This document shows positions 11,521 to 24,551 of a DNA stretch of 64,000 bases, piece after piece. The stretch comes from Macrostomum lignano (lineage: Eukaryota): positions 1-64,000 of the forward strand of contig NIVC01003411.1 in assembly GCA_002269645.1 (NCBI GenBank), given 5' to 3'. Each line of letters begins with the position of its first letter. Position 1 is the first letter of the stretch. Below the pieces are notes generated by a model. The model was not told the DNA's origin. It ran no database searches and was given only the letters and a program-made list of their open reading frames with translations. The position numbers and the translations under genes are program-made.

Positions 11521-12170
11521 CAAAAAACGCAGTGTTTCTGCCTTCAGTAACTTTTCTGTGCAACGCACGGCAGGCCAGCTCCGCAGTCTACAGCCAGTCC
11601 ATCACAGACAGCAATACATTATCTAAAGGCTGGGCCGGAGCATCAGTTCTAAAAGATGATTTACAGGCGCCATCAGATGGAATCAGGCGGCTATAAAACA
11701 TGCCACTCATCTGCAGCAGCATCCCAGGCTCCATCAAGCCGCCACAAAACTTCACCAGATTTTGCGTGCCATCCAAAGTTTGAGAAACTGCCGATGGTTC
11801 AAGGATGCAGAGGAGGAGGAGGCTGCTAATTAACTGACCCGCTTGCTGCCGGGGCGGTTTCGGATGTAGGGGATATTTCTCCTGCCTTGGCTCCCTTCTC
11901 TCCTAGAAGAAGAAGAAGCTGAGCAGAAAGCGCGGAGAGGAAGGAGAGCAGGCTCTTCCAGGGACAGAGGCTAGCGGTTAGCCGATGGGGAACTTTAATT
12001 CAGACTGCCCAAATTGGATCCGAATGAATTTTCCCCCAGGGGATCAATGACTCCCCGGGGAGATTGGAGGGGGGGCATTGGAGAACAGGTGGCTGACCGG
12101 CTGCTTGCTGCGGCCCTCGGCAACGGAGCTAAGCGTAGAAGATGGGCCCGGATTTCCCGGAAGCACTCAC

Positions 12171-12261
12171 TCGGCCACCTCGTCCTCCTTGAAGCAGACA
12201 CCGCCTTCGGATTCGCAGGACTTGCAGTACTGCGGCTGCGGGCTGTTGGAGTAGCGGTGCT
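12171..12261 (-). CDS. EB/EGF-ZP protein exon, first half of module B1
   Basis: cgcag acceptor, GTGAGT donor, 91 nt phase 1-2; HRYSNSPQPQYCKSCESEGGVCFKEDEVA. Confidence 0.8.
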
Positions 12262-12419
12262 CTGCGGGGGGTGGCAGGCAGCTCAAGCTTTTATTTGAGT
12301 CCAGATTTATTGCTCTAAGGCATGCAGCAGACAATGATACAGGCTCTTACCTAGTACCGTAGACTCTCAAGGTCATTACGGACTGTTTTACAGGCATTGC
12401 GGACTTACAAATTCATTAG

Positions 12420-13230
12420 ACTTACTTACACAGTCATTACAGACATGCTTACACAGTCATTACAGACATGCTTACACAGTCATTACAGACATGCTTACAC
12501 AGTCATTACAGACATGCTTACACAGTCATTACAGACATGCTTACACAGTCATTACAGACATGCTTACACAGTCATTACAGACATGCTTACACAGTCATTA
12601 CAGACATGATTACAAATTCATTACAGACTTACTTACACAGTCATTACAGACATGCTTACACAGTCATTACAGACATGCTTACACAGTCATTACAGACATG
12701 CTTACACAGTCATTACAGACATGATTACAAATTCATTACAGACTTACTTACACAGTCATTACAGACATGCTTACACAGTCATTACAGACATGATTACAAA
12801 TTCATTACAGACTTACTTACACAGTCATTACAGACATGCATACACAGTCATTACAGACATGCTTACACAGTCATTACAGACATGCTTACACAGTCATTAC
12901 AGACATGCTTACACAGTCATTACAGACTTACTTACACAGTCATTACAGACATGCTTACACAGTCATTACAGACATGCTTACACAGTCATTACAGACATGC
13001 TTACACAGTCATTACAGACATGCTGACACAGTCATTACAGACATGCTTACACAGTCATTACAGACATGCTTACACAGTCATTACAGACATGCTTACACAG
13101 TCATTACAGACTTACTTACACAGTCATTACAGACATGCTTACACAGTCATTACAGACTTACTTACAGTCATTACAGACATGCTTACACAGTCATTACAGA
13201 CTTACTTACAGTCATTACAGACTCTTACAC
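12420..13230. repeat. Tandem repeat, 23 bp (cttacacagtcattacagacatg)
   Basis: Directly visible. Confidence 0.95.
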
Positions 13231-13304
13231 AGTCGCCAGCATCTAGGCTATGGAACATTACAGTCTTACGCAGAAAATTAGCAGTAGATAACGAGGCCAC
13301 TCAC

Positions 13305-13439
13305 TGCACTGATGCCGATGTGCCGCGTACACTGTGTCTGTCGGACAGACGCACCTGGCCTCGTTAGGAGCGCACACGCTGTCCTTCACCTGGGCGCAGG
13401 CGTAGTCATTGTCACGCCTGCAGGGCACGTCGAGCAGCT
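13305..13439 (-). CDS. EB/EGF-ZP protein exon, 6-Cys module A2
   Basis: cgcag acceptor, GTGAGT donor, 135 nt phase 1-1; LLDVPCRRDNDYACAQVKDSVCAPNEARCVCPTDTVYAAHRHQC. Confidence 0.85.
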
Positions 13440-13469
13440 CTGCGGTTCGAGGGGGAACGGAATCGCCAA

Positions 13470-14830
13470 GGTGAGACTCTCGGAGGGTGAGACTCTCGGA
13501 GGGTGTGAGACTCTCGGAGGGTGAGACTCTCGGAGGTGAGACTCTCGGAGGGTATGAAACTCTCGGAGGGTGAGACTCTCGGAGGGTATGAGACTCTCGG
13601 AGGGTGTGAGACTCTCGGAGGGTGAGACTCTCGGAGGGTGTGAGACTCTCGGAGGGTGAGAATCTTAGAGGTGAGACTCTCGGAGGGTATGAGACTCTCG
13701 GAGGGTGAGACTCTCGGAGGGTGAGACTCTCGGAGGTGAGACTCTCGGAGGTGAGACTCTCGGAGGGTGTGAGACTCTCGGAGGGTGAGACTCTCGGAGG
13801 GTGTGAGACTCTCGGAGGGTGAGAATCTTAGAGGTGAGACTCTCGGAGGGTATGAGACTCTCGGAGGGTGAGACTCTCGGAGGGTGAGACTCTCGGAGGT
13901 GAGACTCTCGGAGGTGAGACTCTCGGAGGGTGTGAGACTCTCGGAGGGTGTGAGACTCTCGGAGGGTGAGACTCTCGGAGGGTGAGACTCTCGGAGGTGA
14001 GACTCTCGGAGGGTGAGACTCTCGGAGGGTGAGACTCTCGGAGGTGAGACTCTCGGAGGTGAGACTCTCGGAGGTGAGACTCTCGGAGGTGAGACTCTCG
14101 GAGGGTGTGAGACTCTCGGAGGGTGAAACTCTCGGAGGGTGAGACTCACTATTGGAAGGTGAGACTCTCTATTGGAGGGTGAGACTCTCGGAGGGTGAGA
14201 TTCACGGAGGGTTAGACTCACGGAGGGTTAGACTCTCGGAGGTGAGACTCTCGGAGGGTGAGACTCTCGGAGGGTGAGACTCTCGGAGGTGAGACTCTCG
14301 GAGGTGAGACTCTCGGAGGTGAGACTCTCGGAGGTGAGACTCTCGGAGGGTGTGAGACTCTCGGAGGGTGAAACTCTCGGAGGGTGAGACTCACTATTGG
14401 AAGGTGAGACTCTCTATTGGAGGGTGAGACTCTCGGAGGGTGAGATTCACGGAGGGTTAGACTCACGGAGGGTTAGACTCTCGGAGGTGAGACTCTCGGA
14501 GGGTGTGAGACTCTTGGAGGGTGAAACTCTCGGAGGGTGAGACTCACTATTGGAAGGTGAGACTCTCTATTGGAGGGTGAGACTCTCGGAGGGTGAGATT
14601 CACGGACGGTTAGACTCACGGAGGGTTAGACTCTCGGAGGGTGAGACTCTCGGAGGGTGTGAGACTCTCGGAGGGTGAGACTCTCGGAGGGTGTAAGACA
14701 ATCGAAGGGTGAGGCTCTGAATTGGAGGGTGAGGCTCTGAATTGGAGGGTGAGGCTCTGAATTGGAGGGTGAGGCTCTCGATTGGAGGGTGAGGCTCTCG
14801 ATTGGAGGGTGACGCTCTGGATTGCAGGGT
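13470..14830. repeat. Tandem repeat, 14-18 bp (gagactctcggagggt)
   Basis: Directly visible; diverges into gaggctctgaattggagggt at the right end. Confidence 0.95.
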
Positions 14831-16279
14831 GAGGCTCTTGATCGTGAATCGCTCTCGGGCCCAAGTAAGATTGAGTCGAGTTTCCCTTGGCAACAGAGAA
14901 CAATTATGTTATTACATTTGTTTAATTCTAAATCCATCGGGACCAACTCTGAAAAATCTGAGCAAAAATCCGCCATGTCATGCAACAAATATCCTCCCCT
15001 CTTCCCAAACTTTGTAGACAGGAGGAGCTTAAGCCATCGCCCATGGGAATGGTAGCAGGAGGCACTGAGAGTGTAGGAATTGATTCTGTAGTAAATTTCA
15101 CTTGAGCAGCTTATCCATGTCTCAGTTTTTCTCGTCAAAACTTCTGCGGGAGAAAAATATTTACCAGAAACAGTCTCGTTCGCTCAGGGAATTTTCGGGG
15201 AAGTTCACCCCGCTGAGTGACAGGACAGGTTGAAAGGCAAGCGCTGTACCAGCACTTCTCACTGCACTGCAACTCTCTGCATCAGCTGAAGAAATATAGC
15301 ATGCCTAGAGCAAACAGAAGTTCAGGTGGTTGAGGCAATTATTCTAGGCAGCGTCTCAAGACTCTCCTCGGCAGCTGCTTATCATGCTCAATGCAGCGAG
15401 GCGTGTAGCCTTAGCACTCAGCAGTTCCAGAAGTGATAAGGGAAAAGTTCTGGAGGATGTTGCAGGTGGAAAACTACAAGCAAGTGTTTCAAAGCAATTA
15501 AAGTACATTTTTTACTTATTGAATGGCACATGGGTTAAAGGCGCTGTAACTACTGTAACCTGTAATTGAAAGGTTGCAGTGTGCACTAGCGGCAGTACAT
15601 CTACGAGATAATATCCTCCCATTCTCCATTTTTATCCCAAGCGCTGCTTTAATCCCACCTTCAGTACCCTCCTCCCATTGAAAGCTGCTTTGATATTTCT
15701 AAGCGGCGTTGCCGCAGTGTTACCCATTGATCCGCTGGGATGGCTAAAGGCCAACCAGGGAGTTCCCCATCGCTGCACAGATATCGACTCTCTTCGACAT
15801 TGAGTTGGAGCAGAAAGTAAAATAGAATCTTCTCCGGGAGACTAGGAGGAGCAGCGGCAGTGATGGAAGCTGCAGAAAAAGCAGAAAATATAAGAACAGC
15901 AAAACTGGTAAGGAGCCCCTGGGGCAGGGAGAGCCGGACCCACATATTGCATCGATCTGGGGGCTCCCAGTCAGTCACTGCCTGCCATCTGGGTTGGGGC
16001 AGCTGGAGCCCGCTCTGGATGGATGCTGGGGGCATAACTTCCGCAGGGCCAGAGACTCTGAGCCATAACGATTTCTCATCCTGAGTTCTGTTAATCTGAC
16101 ATGCACCACTAAGTACCGAGTCACGAGAGCTTCATCAGATTTGCAAGTTTTGACAGTTCTCAATTGTCTATAAAACGGAAATTTTATTGTTTCAAAATTG
16201 GTTCCTTTTTATTAATGTACATAACTCTTGGTACCGGCAGTTCACACAGCTTCTGGAATCTCAATCTCTGTATTTCACA

Positions 16280-16765
16280 AACAGACCCCGCAGGTCACAC
16301 ACTGACCCCGCAGTTCACACACAGACCCCTCAGTTCACACACAGACCCCGCAGTTCACACACAGACCCCGCAGTTCACACACAGACCCCGCAGTTCACAC
16401 ACAGACCCCGCAGGTCACCCACAGACCTCTCCGTTCACACACAGACCCCTCAGTTCACAAAAAGACCACGCAGTTCACACACAGACCCCGCAGGTCACAC
16501 ACAGACCCCGCAGTTCACACACAGACCCCTCAGTTCACACACAGACCCCTCAGTTCACACACAGACCCCTCAGTTCACACACAGACCCCTCAGTTCACAC
16601 ACAGACCCCTCAGTTCACACACAGACCCCTCAGTTCACACACAGACCCCTCAGTTCACACACAGACCCCTCAGTTCACACACAGACCCCGCAAGTCACAC
16701 ACAGACCCCGCAAGTCACACACAGACCCCGCAAGTCACACACAGACCCCGCAAGTCACACACAGC
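16280..16765. repeat. Tandem repeat, 20 bp (cacacagacccc(t/g)cagttca)
   Basis: Directly visible. Confidence 0.95.
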
Positions 16766-17174
16766 CCCCAATTCCACTGAGAGTTGCATTAGCGCCTAAA
16801 ACTGTGACGCAGGCGGAACTCCTCAAAGCTCTCACAGCTGACCAGCTTATTCAATTAAAAACCCAAGCCTGCACGGCCTTTGGCCCACCTTTAGCGGCAA
16901 AATCATTTATTCAGCATCCAGGTTCCACTTCTCCTGCTCCTTGGGCAGTAGCCTCTAGGAGAAACAGGGGGGCAGTTGCTGCCTCAACCTGCCTAACTGC
17001 ACTCAGAGCAGCAGTTTGGATTCGTATAACATTTCCACCCAATATTTTCTCACGAGCCTATTTCTCGTATTTCTAAATATATGGCCGGGGGCACTGTGGG
17101 TGGCCATTCTGCCCACTTTTTCCATTGGAACGAGAGGCGTTGGAATTTTAACTTCAACTTTTTTTAAATTCCTC

Positions 17175-17600
17175 ATCTCCCTCTACCCTTTTCCTTCCTC
17201 ATCTCCCTCTACCCCTCTCCCTCCTCATCTCTCTCTACCCCTATCTCTCCTCATCTCCCTCTACTCCTCACTCTCCTCATCTTCCTCTACCCCCTCTCTC
17301 TCCTCATCTCCCTCTACCCCTATCTCTCCTCATCTCCCTCTACCCCTCTCTCTCCTCATCTCCCTCTACCCCTATCTCTCCTCATCTCCCTCTACCCCTC
17401 TCTCTCCTCATCTCCCTCTACCCCTCTCTCTCCTCATCTCCCTCTACCCCTCTCTCTCCTCATCTCCCTCTACCCCTCTCTCTCCTCATCTCCCTCTACC
17501 TCCCTCTCTTCGCATCTCCCTCTACTCCTCACTCTCCTCATCTCCCTCTACCTCCCTCTCTTCGCATCTCCCTCTACTCCTCACTCTCCTCATCTCCCCT
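17175..17600. repeat. Pyrimidine-rich tandem repeat, about 24 bp (ctctcctcatctccctctacccct)
   Basis: Directly visible. Confidence 0.9.
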
Positions 17601-18599
17601 ATCCCTCCTCCCCCCATCCCTTTTCACCTTCTCCCAGTAAAAAATTAAAATATTGTCAACTGAAACTCTAGTCTGCAATTATAGTCTGCAAAGCTACTTC
17701 TATATGCACTGATATGCATATAGTGCTGATATGCACTAACCGCTAGCTATTATTGGTCAACTACAGCTGTGCATACACTCTGGCCATACACTCTATAAGT
17801 AAGCAAAGCATTAGTGTCAGGTAACTAACTGATCACATCGATATGAGTCTGAGACGATGATGGATGATCTCCCAAGCCCCTGTGCAGTTGGACAACAATG
17901 CATTCGGAGACTGGATGGCTGCTGTTTATTGATAGCCAGCACTTATTGGCCAACATCAAACCTTTTAACAATGCTAGCACTGAAAAGTTGAGAACTTGTA
18001 TTTTGCTTTGAGTAAAGTACAAGTGAGTTTGTATAGATTGAAGCGGACCAGCGGGGATAACTCTCTGATGGGGAATATGGAGGAGGGGGGAGGGTAGCTA
18101 GCCCCGGCTCTCCCTACTCAAGAGCTACTCAAGTCTTCTGCCCTATTGAAAAAATTGAGGATTAAAAAATGTATCTGCGCAATCCGAGCTCAACCTGATC
18201 AGTCAGAATTTGGATTCAAAAATGCATTAAGAAATCTTGAGCGAGCTGCTTAATGCTTTCTTGCGTAATTAAAGATTCAAGCAAATCCACAATGAATTCC
18301 GATCGAGTTGCTCATGGATTTGAATACGCCTGCGGCACTCCATGAGCAGCTGATTTCAGAGAAGCTTTTGTTATAGTCTGGCTGAGAAAGGAGAAACTGG
18401 AAGACAGAAGCGGAGAATCTGGCGGTCTGGGATGAAGGGGAGGGAGTAGACCGAGCAGCTATTCACATTTGATGAAGTGAAGGGGAACCAGGGGAGACGG
18501 GAAATGCAAAATTTCATAAAGGAAGGCGCGTAGAGTACGAGGGGAGTGCAGATTGACGGAGGCGGGCAGCGACAGAGATGGTAGGGAGAGAGAAGGGAG

Positions 18600-18900
18600 A
18601 GAGCGAAGACAGAGAGTGAAGGGAGAGTTTGGGGAGAGAGTGAAGGGAGAGAGATGATAAAGAGTGAAGGGAGAATTTGGGGAGAGAGTGAAGGGGAGTG
18701 GAGGGAGAGAGAAGGGAGAGTGAAGGGAGAGTGAAAGGAGAGTGAAGGGAGAGTGAAGGGAGAGTGAAGGCAGAGTGAAGGCAGAGTGAAGGCAGAGTGA
18801 AGGCAGAGTGAAGGCAGAGTGAAGGCAGAGTGAAGGCAGAGTGAAGGCAGAGTGAAGGCAGAGTGAAGGCAGAGTGAAGGCAGAGTGAAGGCAGAGTGAC
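18600..18900. repeat. Tandem repeat, 11 bp (gcagagtgaag) with degenerate left flank
   Basis: Directly visible; ends about 30 bp from the donor at 18928. Confidence 0.9.
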
Positions 18901-18928
18901 AGCGGTGCTCCCAAATGCCCCGACTTAC

Positions 18929-19247
18929 TTGTCTGGCAGGCCCGGCGGTCCTTATGCCTGACAACGGTGTGCGACGAGGGACACTCGCAGATGAGGTTGG
19001 AGCCGCTGGCAACGCAGACTCCGCCCTGAGGATCTGAGCAGGTCTCGCCAGGCCGGGTGCAGCGGCCGCTATCTGTAAAATAGTACAGTTCACCGATTTT
19101 GATCACGTGCGGAGGCGAAATGGCCCCCAACTCGGAGGCGACAGGACGAGTGGGGTCTGGGGGGCTTCGCTGAGCTGCCCGACTGTCTGCTGCTGCAGCT
19201 GTGAGCAGCAGCGCCAACAGGACTGGCGATGAAGGCACGAAGACCAT
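18929..19247 (-). CDS. EB/EGF-ZP protein, proximal first exon: signal peptide plus 6-Cys module A1
   Basis: MVFVPSSPVLLALLLTAAAADS...CTRPGETCSDPQGGVCVASGSNLICECPSSHTVVRHKDRRACQT; phase-1 GTAAGT donor at 18928; internal acceptor makes 18929-19072 a 144-nt phase 1-1 exon. Confidence 0.8.
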
Positions 19248-19771
19248 CTGCAACGATTTCAGTCACGTGACCTCCCTCTGTATGTATCCGTCTATTGTTT
19301 CCGCCTCTCTTTCTCTATGACGGCAGAAATTCCACGTCAGCTCAGCAAGAGGCTTGAGCGGCGGAAGGAAAGGACGAGCCCGCGGCCTTATGCCAGGGGA
19401 GGTTGGGAGGTCCTGAGGAGCTGAAACAGTTGCCGGGAGAATTTTTTCCCATTCACAATTCCTTCGCTTGCAAAACATTCACTCCCGGGGAGCAGCCGCC
19501 CCACTCCACTTCTGCAGCTACCCTCTCCTCCCCTCTGCTTCAGCTCTCGGAGCGGACTAACAAGGGAGGGTCGCCGCCGCCGCTGCCACCAGCCTGGAGC
19601 CCCTTCCAGCAGGAGGGGTGCAGGCTGTCTGCCCCCCCCCTTGCCCCCTGCCCCCTGCCCCCTCCCCAATAACCGTGAAGTTCTGACGCAAAACTGGCCC
19701 TTGGTTGGGGTGCCGGGCAGAGTCTTCCCAGGCCGTCTTCAGCTTTCGCCCTCTCGCCCCTAACCGCTTAT

Positions 19772-19889
19772 AGCCAATCATCGCTTGGCATTTGCCCCCC
19801 CCCCTGACTTGACAAGCGCCGCGAAATGGTGAGCTCGCACGAGACTCTCGCAGAGTGGCTCATCAATTCAATGAACTCAAGCCAATCAT
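19772..19889. promoter_or_regulatory. Paired NF-Y-type CCAAT boxes upstream of the proximal ZP-gene ATG
   Basis: AGCCAATCAT at 19772 and 19880, about 0.5-0.6 kb upstream of the ATG at 19247. Confidence 0.4.
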
Positions 19890-20384
19890 TCGTTTATTTA
19901 CTTTGTATTAATAATTTCAGACATCGATCAGCTCTGCAGCAGGAAGCAGATGCAGTTAAAAAATATTTGTAGATAGAAATTCATCTAATCAAAAAGCAAA
20001 CGGCTTCTTTCCCAGCTCTCCCTCTCTCCCTCCCTCTCACCTTTCTTCAAGTGCGCAAAGCAGAAACAATGCCATTCCTGCTGCTGGAACAATTGGTGGG
20101 CCAACTAAAAAACTCTACCTCTGCAAAAAAGCACTTCCAACTGTCTTCCTGTCTTCAAGCGCTTGAATTCAAAGGCACCTGTCGTACCAGTGCACTCAGC
20201 AACGGAATTGGCTGGCGCTTCTGCCCTGCTGCTCTCTGCCTTAATGCGCTTCTTCTAGGAGCAGCTTAAGGACTTTCTGAGACTGCTTCTCTTTTCCAGG
20301 GAAATATTGTACAAGGCTACCCCAAGCTCTCTCAATCAACCACTCTCAACCACATATCATTCTTTCTCTCCCCTGCTCCCCTTC

Positions 20385-21030
20385 TCACACTGAGATATCT
20401 CTCGCCCTTTCTCCCCTTCTCACACTGATATATCTCTCGCCCTTTCTCCCCTTCTCACACTGATATATCTCTCGCCCTTTCTCCCCTTCTCACACTGATA
20501 TATCTCTCGCCCTTTCTCCCCTTCTCACACTGATATATCTCTCTCGCCCTTTCTCCCCTTCTCACACTGATATATCTCTCGCCCTTTCTCCCCTTCTCAC
20601 ACTGATATATCTCTCTCGCCCTTTCTCCCCTTCTCACACTGATATATCTCTCGCCCTTTCTCCCCTTCTCACACTGATATATCTCTCGCCCTTTCTCCCC
20701 TTCTCACACTGATATATCTCTCGCCCTTTCTCCCCTTCTCACACTGATATATCTCTCGCCCTTTCTCCCCTTCTCACACTGATATATCTCTCGCCCTTTC
20801 TCCCCTTCTCACACTGATATATCTCTCGCCCTTTCTCCCCTTCTCACACTGATATATCTCTCGCCCTTTCTCCCCTTCTCACACTGAGATCTCTCTCCCC
20901 TTCTCACACTGAGATCTCTCTCCCCTTCTCACACTGCGATCTCTCCTTCTCACACTGAGATCTCTCTCCCCTTCTCACACTGAGATCTCTCTCCCCTTCT
21001 CACACTGAGATCTCTCTCCCCACTTCTCAC
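20385..21030. repeat. Tandem repeat, 35-37 bp (atatctctcgccctttctccccttctcacactgat)
   Basis: Directly visible. Confidence 0.95.
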
Positions 21031-21424
21031 ACTGCATGAAACCAGTATGAACAATTTACCAGTCACGTCAACCTTTTAACCAAAAAGTCTCAATTTACCT
21101 GCAAGCCAGAATCACAAAAGTAGGCCTTGATTTGTGTGATTATCCCAAATTAACCGTTATATGACTCTGAGCCCAGTTCCATGGCAACACGAATAACGGG
21201 GTTTATTTGAGTCGCAGAAGTCGTAGGAAATCCATTGTTTCTCTGGCTTCCATTCCCACTGCCTGGCGCATGCCTCTTAATGAGATGGCATTTTATGGCC
21301 CAGCGAACTCGAGCTAATTTACGCTCTCGTTGCTGGGATTCGCATTGTCTGAACAGCACTTCGTAGTGCAGAGCAAGTGCAGAACCCAGGTAAACAGCAA
21401 TCGTTTGGAAAAGTGCCTATGTAG

Positions 21425-21766
<342 letters not shown>

Positions 21767-23209
21767 CAGATACTTTCGCCATGATAGATAGATGACCTTT
21801 TGTACAAATTGAGCCGGTCATTTTCGCGCGACTGTCTTGGGTCGCTAACAGTAGCTTATCACGCAAAATGCCATAGAAAAACATTTGCACACTGTGCATG
21901 CAGACACAAATGTCACATTAAAAATTAATCAATGCTGGTTAAAAACGATTGACATATCAGTGACATCGCCATCAGTGACCCTCGTGCGGAATCATCAATC
22001 AATCACTAAACCCTACAGACCTCACACGGCTGGATGTTCCAAACACATTCTAGCCTTCTTGTATTGACCCAAGCCGCTGTCATCTGAGAGGCAGCTCAGC
22101 AAACAAAGTGCAGCGCCTTGGCAAAGGTGGAAGATGTTTCGCCAATGGATAAAATAGACTGACAGACAGCCGCGCACCTTTCTCCTTAGAGTTGTCTAGA
22201 GTACCCCACTAATGCATCTTGCGTCCTTTGCACACACACGCACGCCCTATCTCTCATCACTTCGCTCGAGTAAGTGAGCACTTGCAGGCCTCGCAAAAAA
22301 AATATTTTTTTCTGGAGAAAAAACCACCTACTTCGAACAGAAAAAAAAACTTGGCGACTGGCGCAGACTGCGAAAGCAGATCGAAGCCCGCGCGAGCCAC
22401 ACAGATTTTCTGGCCAATCTGCTTGTGTCACACGGGTGCCAGCAGGCACAGGAACCAGCAGAGATGGACAGATAGAGAGAATTAGACTGCGGGCCATCTT
22501 CAAAGACAGACGGACACGGAGGAGGGTCGGCTGAGAAGACCTCCCCCCTCTCCTAGTTTCAAGGATAAGCGATACACAGGGACGGTCGGGAAATTTGAAG
22601 TTTCTTTTGCCAAGAAGAAGCAGCTGGATTGCGTCCCAGGAATTCGAGGGAAGATGAAAAAAAGCAGAAGCAAGGATTGAGCAGCAGATCCTGCTGGCTA
22701 ATAGAAATCTGAGCAGGAGGGATGGAAATATTCGGTCAGTTCGTAGCTTGAGACTCCCGAATCCTAACATAGCAATACACCGCATTATTCATTCATTAAT
22801 TCGTGCTCAAGAAAAACTGTTGCCATCTGCTTGGTCATTTTTTGCTCTTGCTGTTTTTTCTATTGAAGCAACATCGCCTGGCGCACCGGCCGATTCGGGA
22901 AATCGTTTTCGTGGTGGTTCTTTCGCTTTGATGTGAATCCGGCTGGGTAATTAACGATTCACGTGGGAAACTGGGATCGGAGTCTAAACAGTCGGGTGGG
23001 GAGACAGAAGACAGAGACAGAGGCTGCTTCTCGCTGTGGGAAAACTCGTTTCAATCAAAAGGGTTTGAAACGAATTGAAATTCTCGGTCGAGGATAATTG
23101 ATTTCAGTCCTGTCGGTGAAGTTCCCAAAGATACGAGATAACGTGGTGGAAAGCAGAAATGGAAGGTAGGGATGAACTAGAGTGATTTTAAGGGGGGGGG
23201 GCGGACAAA

Positions 23210-23540
23210 TGCAAAAGAGCGGATTCCAGGGGCAGAAGAATGAGAAAGAGCGGATTCTAGGGGCGGAAGAATGAGAAAGAGCGGATTCCAGGGGCGGACG
23301 AATGAGAAAGAGCGGATTACAGGGGGGGAGAATGGGAAAGAGCGGATTCAGGGGCAGAAGAATGAGAAAGAGCGTATTAAAGTGGAGAAATAATGGGGAA
23401 GAGCGGATTCCAGGGGAGGAAGAATGCGAAAGAGCGGAGTCCAGGGGCGGAAAAATGGGAAAGGAGCGGATTCCAGGGGCGGAAGAATGGGAAAGGAGCG
23501 GACTCCAGGGGCGGAAGAATGGGAAATAGCGGATTCAGGA
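23210..23540. repeat. Tandem repeat, about 31 bp (aagagcggattccaggggcggaagaatggga)
   Basis: Directly visible, degenerate. Confidence 0.85.
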
Positions 23541-24014
23541 ACTATTCGTCACGAATAGGTTACTACATTGCACCAGATTATTTTGACGCTGGTTTTGAAA
23601 AATTGTAAATTGCCCACCCGGTTATAATTTACACGTATTGAAAGGCCGCCCAGGCATCTCAGATCAGTCGATAGGCTCGCTTGTGGGTCATAAATATGTT
23701 TTATACCGCCGGCTGAGAATGAGCGCGCAGTCGGCACAGCTGCACCCGCTACAGTGCTGAGAGGCCTGTCAAGTCAAGATAATTTCCAGCCGACGTCCCA
23801 GGCTCATAAATTATTCATGCATTATTCAGGGCATCTAATTCTGGCTCCTCTGTTGCTGCGGCGGGGTCCTCGCGGCAGATTCACGGGCAAACAAAGCAGC
23901 TTTACCTTGGATAGAGTTGACAGAAGGCCACGCACGTAGGTTGGGCCATAGAGAGTTGGTGGGGTTACCAGCGTAGTATTCTCTATTGAGAAATCGAATA
24001 ATTCCCAACCGAAT

Positions 24015-24215
24015 TTGAAGGTCGGGGGTTCGATTCCCGATCCCACTAGAACAATTTGTGTCCTTGAGCAAGACACTTAACTCTGCATTGCTTCAGTTCT
24101 CCCAGCTGTAAAATGGGTGCCAGCATTAGCTGGGGTAATTGAGGGTGCGTGTGGCGACCCCCCAGTCCTTGGACTGAACAGCCGTACGCAGCCCATTAGG
24201 GCAGGTGTAATCAAA
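24015..24215 (+). mobile_element. tRNA-derived CORE-type SINE, 5' truncated
   Basis: B box GGTTCGATTCC at 24027-24037, then tgtgtccttgagcaagacacttaac...cagctgtaaaatggg resembling the MIR/CORE domain; no A box seen. Confidence 0.7.
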
Positions 24216-24475
24216 TATAATTATCTCTAAGCCTTCTGTTATCATGACTATCGCTTGAAGCTGGACATGTGTTCAGTTTGATGCGGCTTCATCATTTTGT
24301 GGACTTAAATTAATGAAAATTATGCTACTGGCGGGTCTGTTAAACGCGCAAAATTTGAGTGAGAAAACCGCTTTTTCCATCTCGCACAAATTGATCCAAC
24401 ACACTTGCAGATTAACCTACAATGCCTACAATGAAGCCAACTGAAATGATCAAAGTTGCAGTGACTGTAACTCAC

Positions 24476-24551
24476 CGTACACAGCGCAGCCGGAACCGAT
24501 CAGAACAGCAAGCAGCAGAGCGGTTGAAATCCAGTGGGATGAATTGTCCAT
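24476..24551 (-). CDS. Candidate distal first exon (signal peptide) of the EB/EGF-ZP gene
   Basis: ATG at 24551 gives MDNSSHWISTALLLAVLIGSGCAVY (hydrophobic core), then a phase-1 GTGAGT donor at 24475; joins in frame to the ttttacag acceptor at 19073. Confidence 0.6.

Noticed and set aside
14880-16160. Extra ZP-gene exon or nested gene (open phase-1 frame from an acceptor near 15143)
   Set aside because: No Cys pattern or recognisable domain, no convincing donor, and the flanking exons already join in phase
19073-19093. 21-nt micro-intron (GTGAAC...TACAG)
   Set aside because: Too short for normal spliceosomal introns, and it reads in frame as GELYYFT; the acceptor is better explained by the distal exon
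22186-22936. 199-aa minus-strand ORF and nearby plus-strand ORFs
   Set aside because: No start context or family motif; a plus-strand GTAAGT at 22270 suggests at most a non-coding exon
24015-24060. tRNA gene
   Set aside because: Only a B box; no A box or cloverleaf; followed by a SINE core
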